Of a DNA stretch of 64,000 nucleotides, positions 1 through 9,897 are shown piece after piece. Position 1 is the stretch's first letter, and each line of letters starts with the position of its first letter. A program made the translations under genes and the position numbers. Origin of the DNA: an uncultured Nitrospiraceae bacterium (lineage in GTDB: Bacteria; Nitrospirota; Nitrospiria; Nitrospirales; Nitrospiraceae); the NCBI GenBank assembly GCA_963730935.1, contig CAVSTP010000002.1, positions 832,001 to 896,000 of the forward strand, given 5' to 3'. The notes below the pieces were generated by a model. That model saw nothing but the letters and a program-made list of their open reading frames with translations, had not been told where the DNA came from and ran no database searches.

Positions 1-82
1 AAAATTTCCCGTTCTCACCTTGTAGTGCCTGGATCCTTGCAAGCGCTCCCATGCTCTCTCGCCACGCATTGTCATTGGGCTT

Positions 83-1126
83 ATGAGCAGGACAAGGTCT
101 CCCATCATCAGGGGATGCGGGTATGTCCTGATTGCAGGCATCCTATACCTCTCGCTGTTTCCCGGTATCTATGTTGTCAGTTCTCTGTTGCTCACCAAGG
201 GCATTGCGCTGCGGCCAAGATTGCTGCGAGATTTCCAAATGGATTTCTACAACGATCGTGGGTACAGAAAAATCTGGCAAACGCAGAAAGACTGCATTGA
301 ACCAGACGATCGATTGATTTACATTCCGCGTCTGGGGAGTTGTCACTTTACGAACGCCGAATTTGACACAATCTTGCACTTTGAAAGCGAAGGCCGTGTC
401 AGAAACAGCATGCCCAAACAGCGTTCTGAGATCGGCATTGCGGTCTTGGGAGATTCCTATGCCATGGGATGGGGAGTCAACGATCGTGAAACATTCGCCA
501 ATGTTCTTCAGGAGGAATTGAAAAGGCCTGTCTATAACCTTGCTGTCTCAAGCTATGGAACCGTGAGAGAGCTGTTCCGTTTGGAACGATCAGGGTTGAT
601 CGACAATGTCGATACGATTCTCGTTCAATATGCGGCAAATGATTTCATGGAGAATGCAGCCCTGGATCAAGAGGACAAGTTCCTTCAGGCCAAGGCTCTG
701 TTCCAGGAAACGCTCAATAGAGAGCGAAGCTCGAGCGATCACAGCATGCTTGAATCGCTCCGCCGCGCCGTCTCCTTTGCGATTGAAAAGCCCATTCGGA
801 ATCTCCGAGATCTACTCGTTCCTGCGACGAAGCAAAATCAGTTTGCGCCCCACTACCAATACCTGATGCCGGTCTTGAAACGATTCGGCCCGCTCATAGA
901 CAGGAAAAGAGTCGTCGTCTTGTCCGTGGACGAACCAGGCTTTGAGGACTTTCCGCGTGGCAAGGACCAGACCATGAGCAACGTAGAATTTGTCGATCTG
1001 AAACTTGACGCCGCAGACTACTACCTCATCGATAGTCACTTGAACGCGGCAGGGCATGCCAAGCTAGGACGCCTGCTGGCAGCCTATTTGTCAGACCCAG
1101 CTCTTGCAGAATCTGGTTCGCCATAA
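83..1126 (+). CDS. SGNH/GDSL hydrolase family protein, N-terminal membrane anchor
   Basis: Block I VLGDSYAMG, NLAVSSYG, C-terminal DSHLN; hydrophobic N-terminus. Confidence 0.75.
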   Translation: MSRTRSPIIRGCGYVLIAGILYLSLFPGIYVVSSLLLTKGIALRPRLLRDFQMDFYNDRGYRKIWQTQKDCIEPDDRLIYIPRLGSCHFTNAEFDTILHFESEGRVRNSMPKQRSEIGIAVLGDSYAMGWGVNDRETFANVLQEELKRPVYNLAVSSYGTVRELFRLERSGLIDNVDTILVQYAANDFMENAALDQEDKFLQAKALFQETLNRERSSSDHSMLESLRRAVSFAIEKPIRNLRDLLVPATKQNQFAPHYQYLMPVLKRFGPLIDRKRVVVLSVDEPGFEDFPRGKDQTMSNVEFVDLKLDAADYYLIDSHLNAAGHAKLGRLLAAYLSDPALAESGSP

Positions 1127-1156
1127 CGCTCGCTTCTTTTGATTGGGGCATCGAAC

Positions 1157-1558
1157 GTGGAAGTCAGAATTTATTATGAGGATACGGATTGTGGCGGCGT
1201 GGTGTATTACGCCAACTACCTCAAGTACTTTGAGCGGGCAAGAACACAGTATCTTGAAGATCGGGGGCTCTCCGTTTCGGAATTGATGCAGGCGGGAAGA
1301 GTGTTCGTTGTGGTCCATGCCGAAGTGGAATATCGTGCTCCCGCATACTACGGCGAGACGCTGGACATCGAGACCACCATTCCCGAGATGAGCCCTGCCT
1401 CAATCACCTTTGCCCATGTGGTGCGTGAACGGCGGAGTGGTCGTCTCATCGTCGAAGGCTCAGCGAGGCTTGCGGTGACGGACGGCAACGGCAAGGTCAA
1501 GCGCCTCGACAAGCCGACGGTCGCCGCGATACATTCCGGCACAAAGGGAAGGTCGTAA
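1157..1558 (+). CDS. ybgC: YbgC/FadM family acyl-CoA thioesterase (hotdog fold)
   Basis: RIYYEDTDCGGVVYYANYLKYFERAR signature; GTG start at 1157 preferred over TTG at 1139. Confidence 0.85.
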   Translation: MEVRIYYEDTDCGGVVYYANYLKYFERARTQYLEDRGLSVSELMQAGRVFVVVHAEVEYRAPAYYGETLDIETTIPEMSPASITFAHVVRERRSGRLIVEGSARLAVTDGNGKVKRLDKPTVAAIHSGTKGRS

Positions 1559-1561
1559 GTC

Positions 1562-1669
1562 ATGGACAAGCTCGGAACCTGGTTGGCCATCATCGGCGTC
1601 GTCATCGGATTTGCCGTGCTGGCCTGGCTGCTCTTTGCGGAAAATCCTCGAGACAAGAAAAAGAAATAA
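1562..1669 (+). CDS. 35-aa single-pass membrane peptide (below ORF-track cutoff)
   Basis: MDKLGTWLAIIGVVIGFAVLAWLLFAENPRDKKKK; GGAAGG upstream; starts 3 bp after the ybgC stop; one TM helix plus basic tail. Confidence 0.65.
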   Translation: MDKLGTWLAIIGVVIGFAVLAWLLFAENPRDKKKK

Positions 1670-1690
1670 CCAACTTCATTTCCCGCCGGT

Positions 1691-2023
1691 CTATCGCTCC
1701 ACTCCGTCTTGGTGCTCCTCCAGCTTGCGATGGGGCAATTGGCTCTTGAAGCTCCGCTTCAGGGACTTGGTAATGCCGGGGGCCTTTTTGTTTGGGTGCA
1801 GGTGCGGGTCCCGGAAGCGGCGATGACGTTCAAGATCGCTTCCGCGGCGCCCTTCGAGCGGCCGGCAGAGGTCGCATGCCCCGACTCCAGTCGGATCGTT
1901 CAAGGAAGGAAAGGGCGGGGTCACCGGGAGGGAAGAACACGGAGTACTGGATCGCTGCGCATACGCCGGAAGAAAAGCGAGCGGTATCGTCGCGAGCAGC
2001 AGCATGAGGATGACAAGACGCAC
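1691..2023 (-). CDS. Exported hypothetical protein (110 aa)
   Basis: GGGAGG 6 nt before GTG; signal peptide MRLVILMLLLATIPLAFLPAYA; sigma54-like promoter just upstream. Confidence 0.6.
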   Translation of the reverse strand: MRLVILMLLLATIPLAFLPAYAQRSSTPCSSLPVTPPFPSLNDPTGVGACDLCRPLEGRRGSDLERHRRFRDPHLHPNKKAPGITKSLKRSFKSQLPHRKLEEHQDGVER

Positions 2024-2050
2024 GAGAGACCTCCCGTGCTCACCGCTCAC

Positions 2051-2066
2051 GCAGGCTTCGTGCCAG
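2051..2066 (-). promoter_or_regulatory. Putative sigma54 (-24/-12) promoter
   Basis: Minus strand CTGGCACGAAGCCTGC = TGGCAC-N5-CTGC with GG-N10-GC spacing, about 17 bp upstream of the RBS of 1691..2023. Confidence 0.55.
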
Positions 2067-2142
2067 CAGTGTGTGGTCCCAAGTTGACATTCGAGAAAAC
2101 CGCGTGCTGGAATAGCCACTCGGATTCACGGAGGACGTCATC

Positions 2143-2373
2143 ATGGAAATGTTCGGCCGGGTCGGCTTAGTCGAGCTCCCGATTCTGATCGCTCCTGATC
2201 AAAAGGTCTGGATGGACAAGATGATCAAGGAAGGAAAAATTGCGGTGCCTCCAGGCGGAACGCTGGAAAAGGGCTCGCTTTACTCGATGTTTATCCGCAT
2301 GCTCCTGCACAATGCGATGGAAGAGCAGAAGAGGCAGGAAGCCCTGGAAGCAGATGACGAGGACGACGAATAG
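2143..2373 (+). CDS. Hypothetical protein (76 aa, acidic tail)
   Basis: GGAGG RBS, clean ORF. Confidence 0.7.
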   Translation: MEMFGRVGLVELPILIAPDQKVWMDKMIKEGKIAVPPGGTLEKGSLYSMFIRMLLHNAMEEQKRQEALEADDEDDE

Positions 2374-2375
2374 AA

Positions 2376-2497
2376 CGGTCGATGAAAACAGTTGCCAGCT
2401 TCGTTCTCGCCTCGCTCAGAGGCTCAACGTACCAGACGATGTACGCCTCGCCCCTTCGCTCGCTGCGGCCTTGCTGGACAACTGTTTTGATCGGCCG
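2376..2497. repeat. ~120-bp palindromic intergenic repeat (MITE/REP-like)
   Basis: Terminal inverted repeats CGGTCGATGAAAACAGTTG / CAACTGTTTTGATCGGCCG (17/19); internal CTCAACGTAC...GTACGCCT core shared with 19271..19378. Confidence 0.75.
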
Positions 2498-2555
2498 CAA
2501 ATAGTATCAAGTCAGCCTACTCCCGTATCCGACCTAATACATCCCTTTCTCGAGA

Positions 2556-3839
2556 CTATAAACCCTTGAAGGCGGTACGGGCGGCCTTGATGGTGCGCTC
2601 GATGTCGGTCGGCGTGTGAGCGGTGGAGAGAAATGCCGCTTCGAACTGCGAAGGGGCCAGATAGACACCCTGTTCCAGCATCTGGTGGAAGAACTGACCG
2701 TAGCGTTTCGTGTCCGAACGCTTCGCGCTGTTCCAATCGACGACGGGATCGGATGTAAAGAATGCCGTCAACATTGAGCCGACCCTGTGTTGGATGATCG
2801 GGATGCCCGCCCGTTTTGCTTCCTTTGCGATTCCCTCCGCGACTGCGGCTGAGCGTGCCTCAAGATTTTTGTACAGATGTTTTGCGCGCAATTGCTTGAG
2901 CGTGGCCAAACCTGCCGTCACGGCCAGCGGATTGCCCGACAGCGTTCCGGCTTGATACACCGGCCCTGCCGGAGCGATCAGATCCATAATCTCTGCGCGC
3001 CCGCCGTACGCACCGACCGGCAACCCTCCACCGATAATTTTCCCCAATACGGTCAAATCGGGCGTGATCCCGTAGAGGGCCTGCGCTCCGCCGTAATCGA
3101 CGCGAAAGCCGGAAATGACTTCGTCGAGGATGAGCAGGCTGTCGTTCTCGAGCGTTAATTGTCGAAGGGCGGGGAGAAAATCGTGAGCGGGAGGCACCAC
3201 TCCCATATTGCCGGCGATCGGTTCCACGATAACGCAGGCGATCTGTTTTCCCCGTTCCCGCATGAGCCGTTGAACGGTACGAATGTCGTTGTAGGGAGCG
3301 GTGAAGGTATGTTTGGCAAAGTCGGCCGGCACCCCGAGTGAATCGGGGATCCCGAGTGTCATCATCCCTGATCCAGCTTTCGCAAGCAGGTAGTCGCTGT
3401 GGCCGTGATAGCAGCCTTCGAATTTCAGAATACCGTCCCGTTTGGTAAAACCGCGCGCGACCCTGATTGCGCTCATCACGGCTTCCGTCCCTGAGCTGAC
3501 CAGACGGATCTTTTCCATGGAGGGCACTGCCGCACGGATGGTACGAGCCAATTCGACTTCAAGTTGCGTGGGGGCGCCGTAACTGGTGCCCTGTTCGGCA
3601 GCCTTCTTGATCGCTCCGATCACGGGGGGCGAGGCATGACCGAGAATCATCGGTCCCCAGGAGAGCACGTAATCAATGTAGGTATTTCCATCCAGGTCGT
3701 AGAGTTTCGATCCCTTGGCCCGTTGAATAAACCGGGGGTGACCACCCACGGACCGGAATGCGCGGACCGGACTGTTGACGCCTCCTGGGATGATTTGCTG
3801 CGCTTCCTCGAAGAGCTTGATAGAGCGGGTGATTTTCAT
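2556..3839 (-). CDS. hemL: Glutamate-1-semialdehyde 2,1-aminomutase
   Basis: [48 protein letters not shown] at 3839. Confidence 0.97.
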   Translation of the reverse strand: MKITRSIKLFEEAQQIIPGGVNSPVRAFRSVGGHPRFIQRAKGSKLYDLDGNTYIDYVLSWGPMILGHASPPVIGAIKKAAEQGTSYGAPTQLEVELARTIRAAVPSMEKIRLVSSGTEAVMSAIRVARGFTKRDGILKFEGCYHGHSDYLLAKAGSGMMTLGIPDSLGVPADFAKHTFTAPYNDIRTVQRLMRERGKQIACVIVEPIAGNMGVVPPAHDFLPALRQLTLENDSLLILDEVISGFRVDYGGAQALYGITPDLTVLGKIIGGGLPVGAYGGRAEIMDLIAPAGPVYQAGTLSGNPLAVTAGLATLKQLRAKHLYKNLEARSAAVAEGIAKEAKRAGIPIIQHRVGSMLTAFFTSDPVVDWNSAKRSDTKRYGQFFHQMLEQGVYLAPSQFEAAFLSTAHTPTDIERTIKAARTAFKGL

Positions 3840-3939
3840 AACGGCGGGGCACCCTATCATGTGGAAATTGAGGGGTCAAGAAAGAGACTCGGCATCCGAA
3901 TTTGCCGCGAATTGCCTCACGTGGGGTCAAAAAGTGTAT

Positions 3940-3981
3940 AAATGGATACGCTGGTTCTCCGAATTGATACTGAATTGATAC
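3940..3981. promoter_or_regulatory. Tandem direct repeat, candidate transcription-factor site
   Basis: GAATTGATAC at 3961 and 3972 (11-bp period) plus AAATGGATAC at 3940, in the divergent hemL / 4129 intergenic region. Confidence 0.4.
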
Positions 3982-4128
3982 AGTTGTGAGGGCTATGAGC
4001 AAAACGAACCTTCGTTTTAGCAGGACTTCATGCGCGGACTCGTGGTCACCGGATGCGGCCTGACACTTGCGTACTGATCAAACCAGGGTTATGACGGCGG
4101 TTAGTTATCCACAGTTCGAGGAAAAAGA

Positions 4129-4371
4129 ATGAAGGTCGTATGTTCCTGGTGCCGGAAAGAGGGTAGAGCCGAATTCGTCGGCGAAAAAGCACCGTTAGAC
4201 GATGCGCGGGAAACACACGGGATTTGTGTTCCGCATCGCGATCAGATCCGTCAACACTGGCAGGCCTCGATTCAGGCCAGACGCACTAGGGGCTTTCTTG
4301 GAGCCGCCTCAACGTTTGCGCTATTTCGGTGGCCCGGCCTGCTCAATTTCACCAAGAAAATCCGCTCGTAA
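4129..4371 (+). CDS. Small putative Zn-binding protein
   Basis: CSWC...THGICVPH motif; GAGG upstream. Confidence 0.65.
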   Translation: MKVVCSWCRKEGRAEFVGEKAPLDDARETHGICVPHRDQIRQHWQASIQARRTRGFLGAASTFALFRWPGLLNFTKKIRS

Positions 4372-4400
4372 CCAGTGCCTGACCTATTCGCAACTCCATA

Positions 4401-4928
4401 CTAAGGACTGCGTTTGCTGCGCGCTGGTCGGGGAGCCGATGCGGCCGCTTGCGGCAACCCCCAGTGTGTGCGTTTGGATTTGTTGCGCTCGGATACAGCC
4501 ATGACACTATGAAAGGGTCTGGCTCGCTTGACTGCCTGTCCGGATGCCCAGGCCTCACCCGCGTCATTCAGCACTTCCAGAAACGTCGCGAATTCCTCTT
4601 CATCGTCGGGAAGGATCAGCTCTGCGTCCGTGAAGAGCAGAACGTAGCCTTTCGCCGGTAGCCATTCTAAATCCGCCAAACATTCTTCGAGTGCATCCCA
4701 GTTGTGACCGAAGTAGTCCGGAAACCCCAAGGCTTCGGCAAGTTCGGCGAAAAGCCCCGTGACGCTTCGGCACTTTCCGCCGCGCACGACTTTAAAGAGG
4801 AATCCGTCGGGGACCTTGGCCGCCGACTCGGCGCGCTGTCCAGCCTTGAGGAGGAGAAGTACGGTCCACGGAGGCTTGATCGACTGAAGATGAGTCGCGA
4901 GGGACAGTTGTGAGGGGTGAACGCCCAT
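4401..4928 (-). CDS. Barstar family ribonuclease inhibitor
   Basis: FPDYFGHNWDALEECLADLEWL; 6 bp downstream of the RNase gene. Confidence 0.88.
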   Translation of the reverse strand: MGVHPSQLSLATHLQSIKPPWTVLLLLKAGQRAESAAKVPDGFLFKVVRGGKCRSVTGLFAELAEALGFPDYFGHNWDALEECLADLEWLPAKGYVLLFTDAELILPDDEEEFATFLEVLNDAGEAWASGQAVKRARPFHSVMAVSERNKSKRTHWGLPQAAASAPRPARSKRSP

Positions 4929-4934
4929 GGCAGT

Positions 4935-5390
4935 TCAATTCAACGGAAAGAACGTGCGGTAATGGTCATCCGTGTAATAGGCCTTGCCGGTGTCTTGCTC
5001 GATGACAACCCGCTCCGCATCGCGCGAGCGGCCGGGAACTTTTCGGTTGACGTCGTATTCCTTATAGCGGCCGCGCGGCAGCCGGCGTTCCCGATTCTGA
5101 AAGACCTTACCGCCGACGTACCCGGGCAGCGGTTCTCCGTTCCGCCGCTGGAGCGTCTCCAGCAGTGCATAGGCCTTTGCCGGCGCCGTGCGTTCGATCG
5201 CCGTCCGCGGCCCGGAGATCTGCCGTTCCGGCAGTGCCGGCACGGAAGCCTCGGGCTCTCCGGCCAGCAACTCGACGGCGTGCGCCCGACTCTCAGAAGG
5301 ACAGGCAGACGATGCGACAGCCCAGAGGATGCAGCACGTCGTAAGAGCGAGTAGCCAGTTCATCACACGACATGACATGTCCATCCACAT
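4935..5390 (-). CDS. Secreted guanyl-specific ribonuclease (RNase Sa/barnase/N1 family)
   Basis: GGKVFQNRERRLP, YKEYDV, RDAERVV, YYTDDHYRTF; signal-like N-terminus; start at 5390 or 5363, not 5864. Confidence 0.85.
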   Translation of the reverse strand: MWMDMSCRVMNWLLALTTCCILWAVASSACPSESRAHAVELLAGEPEASVPALPERQISGPRTAIERTAPAKAYALLETLQRRNGEPLPGYVGGKVFQNRERRLPRGRYKEYDVNRKVPGRSRDAERVVIEQDTGKAYYTDDHYRTFFPLN

Positions 5391-5573
5391 CGCCGGCTCG
5401 TCTACGGCGGCAGAGCGGCGAAAACCGTAGCATGCAATCTCAGAACAGGTCAACGCCGCGCGACGACCCCCATGGTGCGACATGCTTTCGTGGAACGCCT
5501 TTGGTAGAATGAGTTGCCGTGTCACGATGGTTTTTCCCCCACGCTCTGTGAAGAACCGTCTCAACCCCGATCG

Positions 5574-6161
5574 ATGAGCATCATGCCGTCGCGCAGGTCC
5601 ATGATCGTCGCTGTTTCGCCGGTCCTCGCGACCATGACCCTGCTGGCGCTGTTGGTGGGCATCGAGGGAGACGCCGCGTGGGCCCAAACGGGCGGCCCCG
5701 GCCACTCTCCGGCTGAGATAGTGAAGAAGTATTTTGAGCTCGATCAAAAGGGCGCTAAGCTCGATTCGATGTCCTTTGAGGCGCTGGCGCCCTATCGGGG
5801 CTGGGACACCGAGCCGATATGGGGGAAGGTCATCGTCATTCGGAAATTTTCGGTCGCCGAGCACTACCGGGACTGGGAAGTGATCAATCGGTTGGAAGTG
5901 GTGATCCCCGTCACGTTCCAGGTGATCGGGTCCGTGTATCTGGAAACCGCAGGGTTTTTCCCTGAGACCTCCGTCGAAGAGATCCGTGTCCGCGTCAAGT
6001 CGATCAATAATCGGTGGCGCATCATCGAACCCATGTTACCTCCGCATGTCGGCCAGAAGCGCATGATTAACTTCGTGAAGGAAGCCTGGGTGAAGGAAAC
6101 CGAGCCGGCCAAGAGGGAGAGCCTGGCGACGCTACAAAGCGAGTTGCGGACGGCCAAATAG
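5574..6161 (+). CDS. Exported hypothetical protein
   Basis: Signal peptide ending in AAWA; in line with the downstream HAD/M16 genes; start uncertain. Confidence 0.7.
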   Translation: MSIMPSRRSMIVAVSPVLATMTLLALLVGIEGDAAWAQTGGPGHSPAEIVKKYFELDQKGAKLDSMSFEALAPYRGWDTEPIWGKVIVIRKFSVAEHYRDWEVINRLEVVIPVTFQVIGSVYLETAGFFPETSVEEIRVRVKSINNRWRIIEPMLPPHVGQKRMINFVKEAWVKETEPAKRESLATLQSELRTAK

Positions 6162-6170
6162 AGGGGCGGA

Positions 6171-6818
6171 ATGGGAATGACGCAGATCGACTTGTTGATT
6201 TTCGATTTGGACGGCACATTGATCGAATCGAAATGGGATATCGCCGCCTCGGTCAATCTTGCGCTGGAAGAGCTGGGGTTGCCGCAGCGGTCGGTAGAGG
6301 AAATCTTCGGGTTTGTCGGTGATGGGGTTAAGAAGCTGCTTCGGCAGGCGGTCGGAGAACACAACCGGGTGAGTTTCGAGGAGGCGCTCAGCGTCTTTCG
6401 CCGGAACTACCTTGCCCACTGTCTGGATCGGACCGTCTTCTATCCGGGCGTGGAAAAAACGCTCGGCCATTTTGCGGACAAGCGGAAAGCCGTTGCCACG
6501 AACAAGTCGATTGAATATACGAACGTCATTCTCCAAGGACTGGGCCCTCAGCACTTTGAGGTCGTCGTCGGCGGTGACGATGGCTTCGGCTTGAAGCCCG
6601 AACCCGGCATGTTGCTGCACATCATGGAACGTCTGAACGTCTCGAAGGACCGGACGGTGTTGGTCGGTGACAGCACCAATGATATCAACGGCGGCCACAA
6701 CGCCGGCATTCGGGTGTGCGCCGTCGGTTACGGCATGGGCAATCGGGAAAAAATGGCTGCGTGCCAGCCGGATTGGTTTATTGAACGACCGGAAGAATTG
6801 ATGGAGATTTTTGAATGA
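6171..6818 (+). CDS. gph: HAD-IA hydrolase, phosphoglycolate phosphatase-like
   Basis: FDLDGTL, ATNK, KPEP, VGDSTND. Confidence 0.8.
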   Translation: MGMTQIDLLIFDLDGTLIESKWDIAASVNLALEELGLPQRSVEEIFGFVGDGVKKLLRQAVGEHNRVSFEEALSVFRRNYLAHCLDRTVFYPGVEKTLGHFADKRKAVATNKSIEYTNVILQGLGPQHFEVVVGGDDGFGLKPEPGMLLHIMERLNVSKDRTVLVGDSTNDINGGHNAGIRVCAVGYGMGNREKMAACQPDWFIERPEELMEIFE

Positions 6819-8434
6819 ACACCACAGGAAGACATCGGCCGCAGGACCACAAGATGTTCACTGCCCATCGGGTGGTGGCGTCAGTCAGCGCTGTCATCGT
6901 GAGCTTCGTCTTCACTCTCGGCATGAGCGCTGCGGCGCCGTCCGGCCTCGCGGATCGCGTCATCGAGCATAAGCTGGCGAACGGCATGACCATCTTAATG
7001 GTCGAACGGCATCAGGCTCCCGTCGTCTCGATCAACATGACCTTCGGGGTTGGCGGGGTGAACGAACAGGTGGGCCAAACCGGCCTGGCGCATCTCTACG
7101 AGCACATGGCATTCAAGGGCACCAGCACCGTCGGGACGAAGGATTACGAGAAGGAAAAGCCGATCTTGGACGAGCTGCATCGGGTTGGAACCGATCTCGA
7201 GCAACGCCAGCGCGACATTTCCCGGCGGGGCGCGGACATGCCGGTCGAGCCGGCTGAACGAGCCGCCATCGAGGAACTGCAGAAGCGGTTCAAGGAACTT
7301 CAAGACCAGGCCGCTCAATATGTCGCAGGTAATGAAATGGCGCTCCTCTATCAACGCCATGGCGGCGTCGGTCTCAATGCTTCGACCGGGAAGGACCTCA
7401 CCCGGTATGTCATCAGCTTGCCTTCCAACCGGTTGCCGCTTTGGGCGGCCATTGAATCCGACCGCATGGCCAGTCCGGTGCTCCGCGAGTTTTACAAGGA
7501 ACGGGGCGTCGTCATGGAGGAGCGCCGCTTACGGAACGACGACAGCCCCGCCGGATCACTCTATGAAACGTTCACCTCCGCGGCGTTTCGCGCCCATCAA
7601 TATGGTGTGCCGACGATCGGCTGGGAATCCGACATTCTCTCACTGACGCCGGCGGCCACCGAGGCCTTTTTCAAGACGTACTACGGTCCCGGCAGGGCGA
7701 CCGTCGGCATTGTGGGGGATATTAATCCGAAGGAGGTCGTGACCTTGATCGAGAAGACCTTCGGGAAGATTCCCGCCGGACCGCCGCCGCCCCAGATTGT
7801 CACCGTCGAGCCTCCTCAGCGCGGAGAGCGGCGTGTCGAAGTCGAATTCGACGCCGAACCGTCTTTAGCGATCGGCTTCCACAAGCCCGGCCTCGGCCAT
7901 CCCGATGACTATGTGTTCGATGTCATCGATGAATTGCTGACGGACGGACCGACCTCGCGCTTGTACAGCACGCTCGTGCGGGATTCCCGGCTGGCCGCGT
8001 CGGTCAATTCCGATGCGAACTATCCGGGTGTTCGCTCGGCCAACCTGTTCGTGCTGAGCGCGACTCCGCTCGCGCCTCACACGACCGCGGAAGTCGAGGC
8101 CGCCATCCTGGCCGAGCTCGAACGGCTCAAGAAAGAACCGGTCTCCTCCAAGGAACTGGAACGAATCATCAACAATCTCGATGCCGACATGGTTCGCGCC
8201 CTGCGGTCGAACAGCGGGCTGGCGTCCCAGCTGGCCCTCTATCAGACCGTGGCCGGAGACTGGCGCTATGTGCTCAAGTCCCGCGACAAGATTGCCGCGG
8301 TCACCCCGGCCGACATCCAACGCGTGGCTGCTCAATACTTTACGAAGTCGAACCGGACGGTCGCCACCCTGGTCAAGAAGACGGGCGCGAAACCGTTGAC
8401 CACCGCAGTGTCGAGTCAGGAGGGCCGGTCATGA
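6815..8434 (+). CDS. M16 family zinc peptidase, catalytic subunit, exported
   Basis: HLYEHMAFKGT (HxxEH), NASTG; overlaps neighbours by ATGA. Confidence 0.92.
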   Translation: MNTTGRHRPQDHKMFTAHRVVASVSAVIVSFVFTLGMSAAAPSGLADRVIEHKLANGMTILMVERHQAPVVSINMTFGVGGVNEQVGQTGLAHLYEHMAFKGTSTVGTKDYEKEKPILDELHRVGTDLEQRQRDISRRGADMPVEPAERAAIEELQKRFKELQDQAAQYVAGNEMALLYQRHGGVGLNASTGKDLTRYVISLPSNRLPLWAAIESDRMASPVLREFYKERGVVMEERRLRNDDSPAGSLYETFTSAAFRAHQYGVPTIGWESDILSLTPAATEAFFKTYYGPGRATVGIVGDINPKEVVTLIEKTFGKIPAGPPPPQIVTVEPPQRGERRVEVEFDAEPSLAIGFHKPGLGHPDDYVFDVIDELLTDGPTSRLYSTLVRDSRLAASVNSDANYPGVRSANLFVLSATPLAPHTTAEVEAAILAELERLKKEPVSSKELERIINNLDADMVRALRSNSGLASQLALYQTVAGDWRYVLKSRDKIAAVTPADIQRVAAQYFTKSNRTVATLVKKTGAKPLTTAVSSQEGRS

Positions 8435-9894
8435 TCATGAAGGCTCCCTCATTACGGACAAGGCCGGGACTGAAAGCGGCCGTGCTTGTCATGGCCTTGC
8501 TGTCGGCGACGGTCATGGCGTGGGCTGGAGATCTGGCGGTCAAGGATCCTCGAATGATGAAGTTTTCCCCGGTCGAGTTCGCGCCGCCCGAACCTGCGCG
8601 GGTCGTTCTCGACAACGGCATGGTCGTCTATCTTCTGGAGGACCATGAACTGCCGCTGGTAAACCTGTCCGCGACAATGCGCACGGGCGGATGGCTGGAG
8701 CCGGCGGATAAAGTGGGGCTTGCTGCGCTGACCGGCGCGGTCATGCGAACCGGCGGAGGCGGGGGCAGGACCGCCGAGCAAATCGACGAGGAACTCGAGC
8801 AATTTGCGATCGATATCAACGTGTCGATGGGACGGCAGTCCGGGTCGGCCTCTCTGGACGTTCTGAGCAAAGATCTTGGCCGCGGGGTGAAAGTCTTTGC
8901 CGGGCTCTTGCGGCAGCCTGCATTCGAACCCCCTCGTGTCGAACTGGCCAAGCTCCAGACGATCGAGGGCATCCGGCGCCGTCAGGACAGCCCGGGGTCG
9001 ATCGTCGGACGGGAATTTCTCAAGCAGTTGTACGGGCCAGAGCACCCCAGCGCCCGCGAGAGCACGGTCGAATCGATCAGAGGTATCAGCCGAGAGGACC
9101 TTGTCGAGTTTCACCGACGAACCGTCCATCCCAACGGCATTATTCTGGGAGTCACGGGCGATTTCAAACAGGCTGAGATGATCGCATTGCTGCGTTCGAC
9201 GTTTGCCGACTGGAAGAAAGGTGACGTTCCTGAACTGAAAATCGCCAACGCACGCGATCCCGGCGGGCCGTCGATCGTCCGGTTCGTCAACAAAGACACG
9301 TCCCAGACGCATCTGCGGATCGGACACCTGACCATCAGAGAGGATGACCCGGATTACGTCCCGCTGGCCATCGCCAACGACATTCTTGGAGGCAGCTCGT
9401 TCCGCAGTCGGCTGTTCAACGACGTGCGCACAAAAAGAGGCCTGGCCTATTCCGTCGGCACCCGTTTGAACGTCGGTATGCATGATCAAGGGGTCTGGCT
9501 GATGCGGGCAGAAACAAAACTGCCTTCCACTCAGGAAGTGATCAGCCGCTTCGTCGCCAATATGGAGCGGATGCGGACTGAGCTGGTCACGGATGAGGAG
9601 CTGGCTGAGGCCAAAGAGGCTTATGTCAACTCGTTCGTGTTCGCGTTCGCGAGTCCTTCGGCCATCGTGGGTCGCTTCGTTGAATTGGAGTATGACGGGC
9701 TGCCCAAGGATTTCCTCCAGCAGCTCCGCGCGCGTGTCATTGCGCTCAAGAAGGAGGATATCCTGAGGGCGGCCCAAAAACATTTCCACTCAAGCCGTCT
9801 CACGATTGTGGCGGTCGGCCCCGGCGAAACTCTGCCGAAGCTGCTGTCGGGTTTCGGAGAAGTGAAGGAAATAAAGTTGGCTCCCGAGGGCTGA
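8431..9894 (+). CDS. M16 family peptidase, non-catalytic partner subunit
   Basis: No HxxEH; SRLFNDVRTKRGLAYSV (R/Y pair); signal peptide. Confidence 0.9.
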   Translation: MIMKAPSLRTRPGLKAAVLVMALLSATVMAWAGDLAVKDPRMMKFSPVEFAPPEPARVVLDNGMVVYLLEDHELPLVNLSATMRTGGWLEPADKVGLAALTGAVMRTGGGGGRTAEQIDEELEQFAIDINVSMGRQSGSASLDVLSKDLGRGVKVFAGLLRQPAFEPPRVELAKLQTIEGIRRRQDSPGSIVGREFLKQLYGPEHPSARESTVESIRGISREDLVEFHRRTVHPNGIILGVTGDFKQAEMIALLRSTFADWKKGDVPELKIANARDPGGPSIVRFVNKDTSQTHLRIGHLTIREDDPDYVPLAIANDILGGSSFRSRLFNDVRTKRGLAYSVGTRLNVGMHDQGVWLMRAETKLPSTQEVISRFVANMERMRTELVTDEELAEAKEAYVNSFVFAFASPSAIVGRFVELEYDGLPKDFLQQLRARVIALKKEDILRAAQKHFHSSRLTIVAVGPGETLPKLLSGFGEVKEIKLAPEG

Positions 9895-9897
9895 AGA

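Noticed and set aside
4105..4113. Perfect DnaA box TTATCCACA
   Set aside because: A single 9-mer with no cluster or dnaA context is compatible with chance; not called as oriC
5391..5864. N-terminal extension making the RNase 309 aa
   Set aside because: Overlaps the plus-strand exported gene; the RNase signal peptide begins near 5363-5390
8452..9789. 445-aa minus-strand ORF
   Set aside because: Antisense shadow of the M16 gene in GC-rich DNA, with no motifs. The same applies to 20150..21058, 35910..36803 and similar ORFs.
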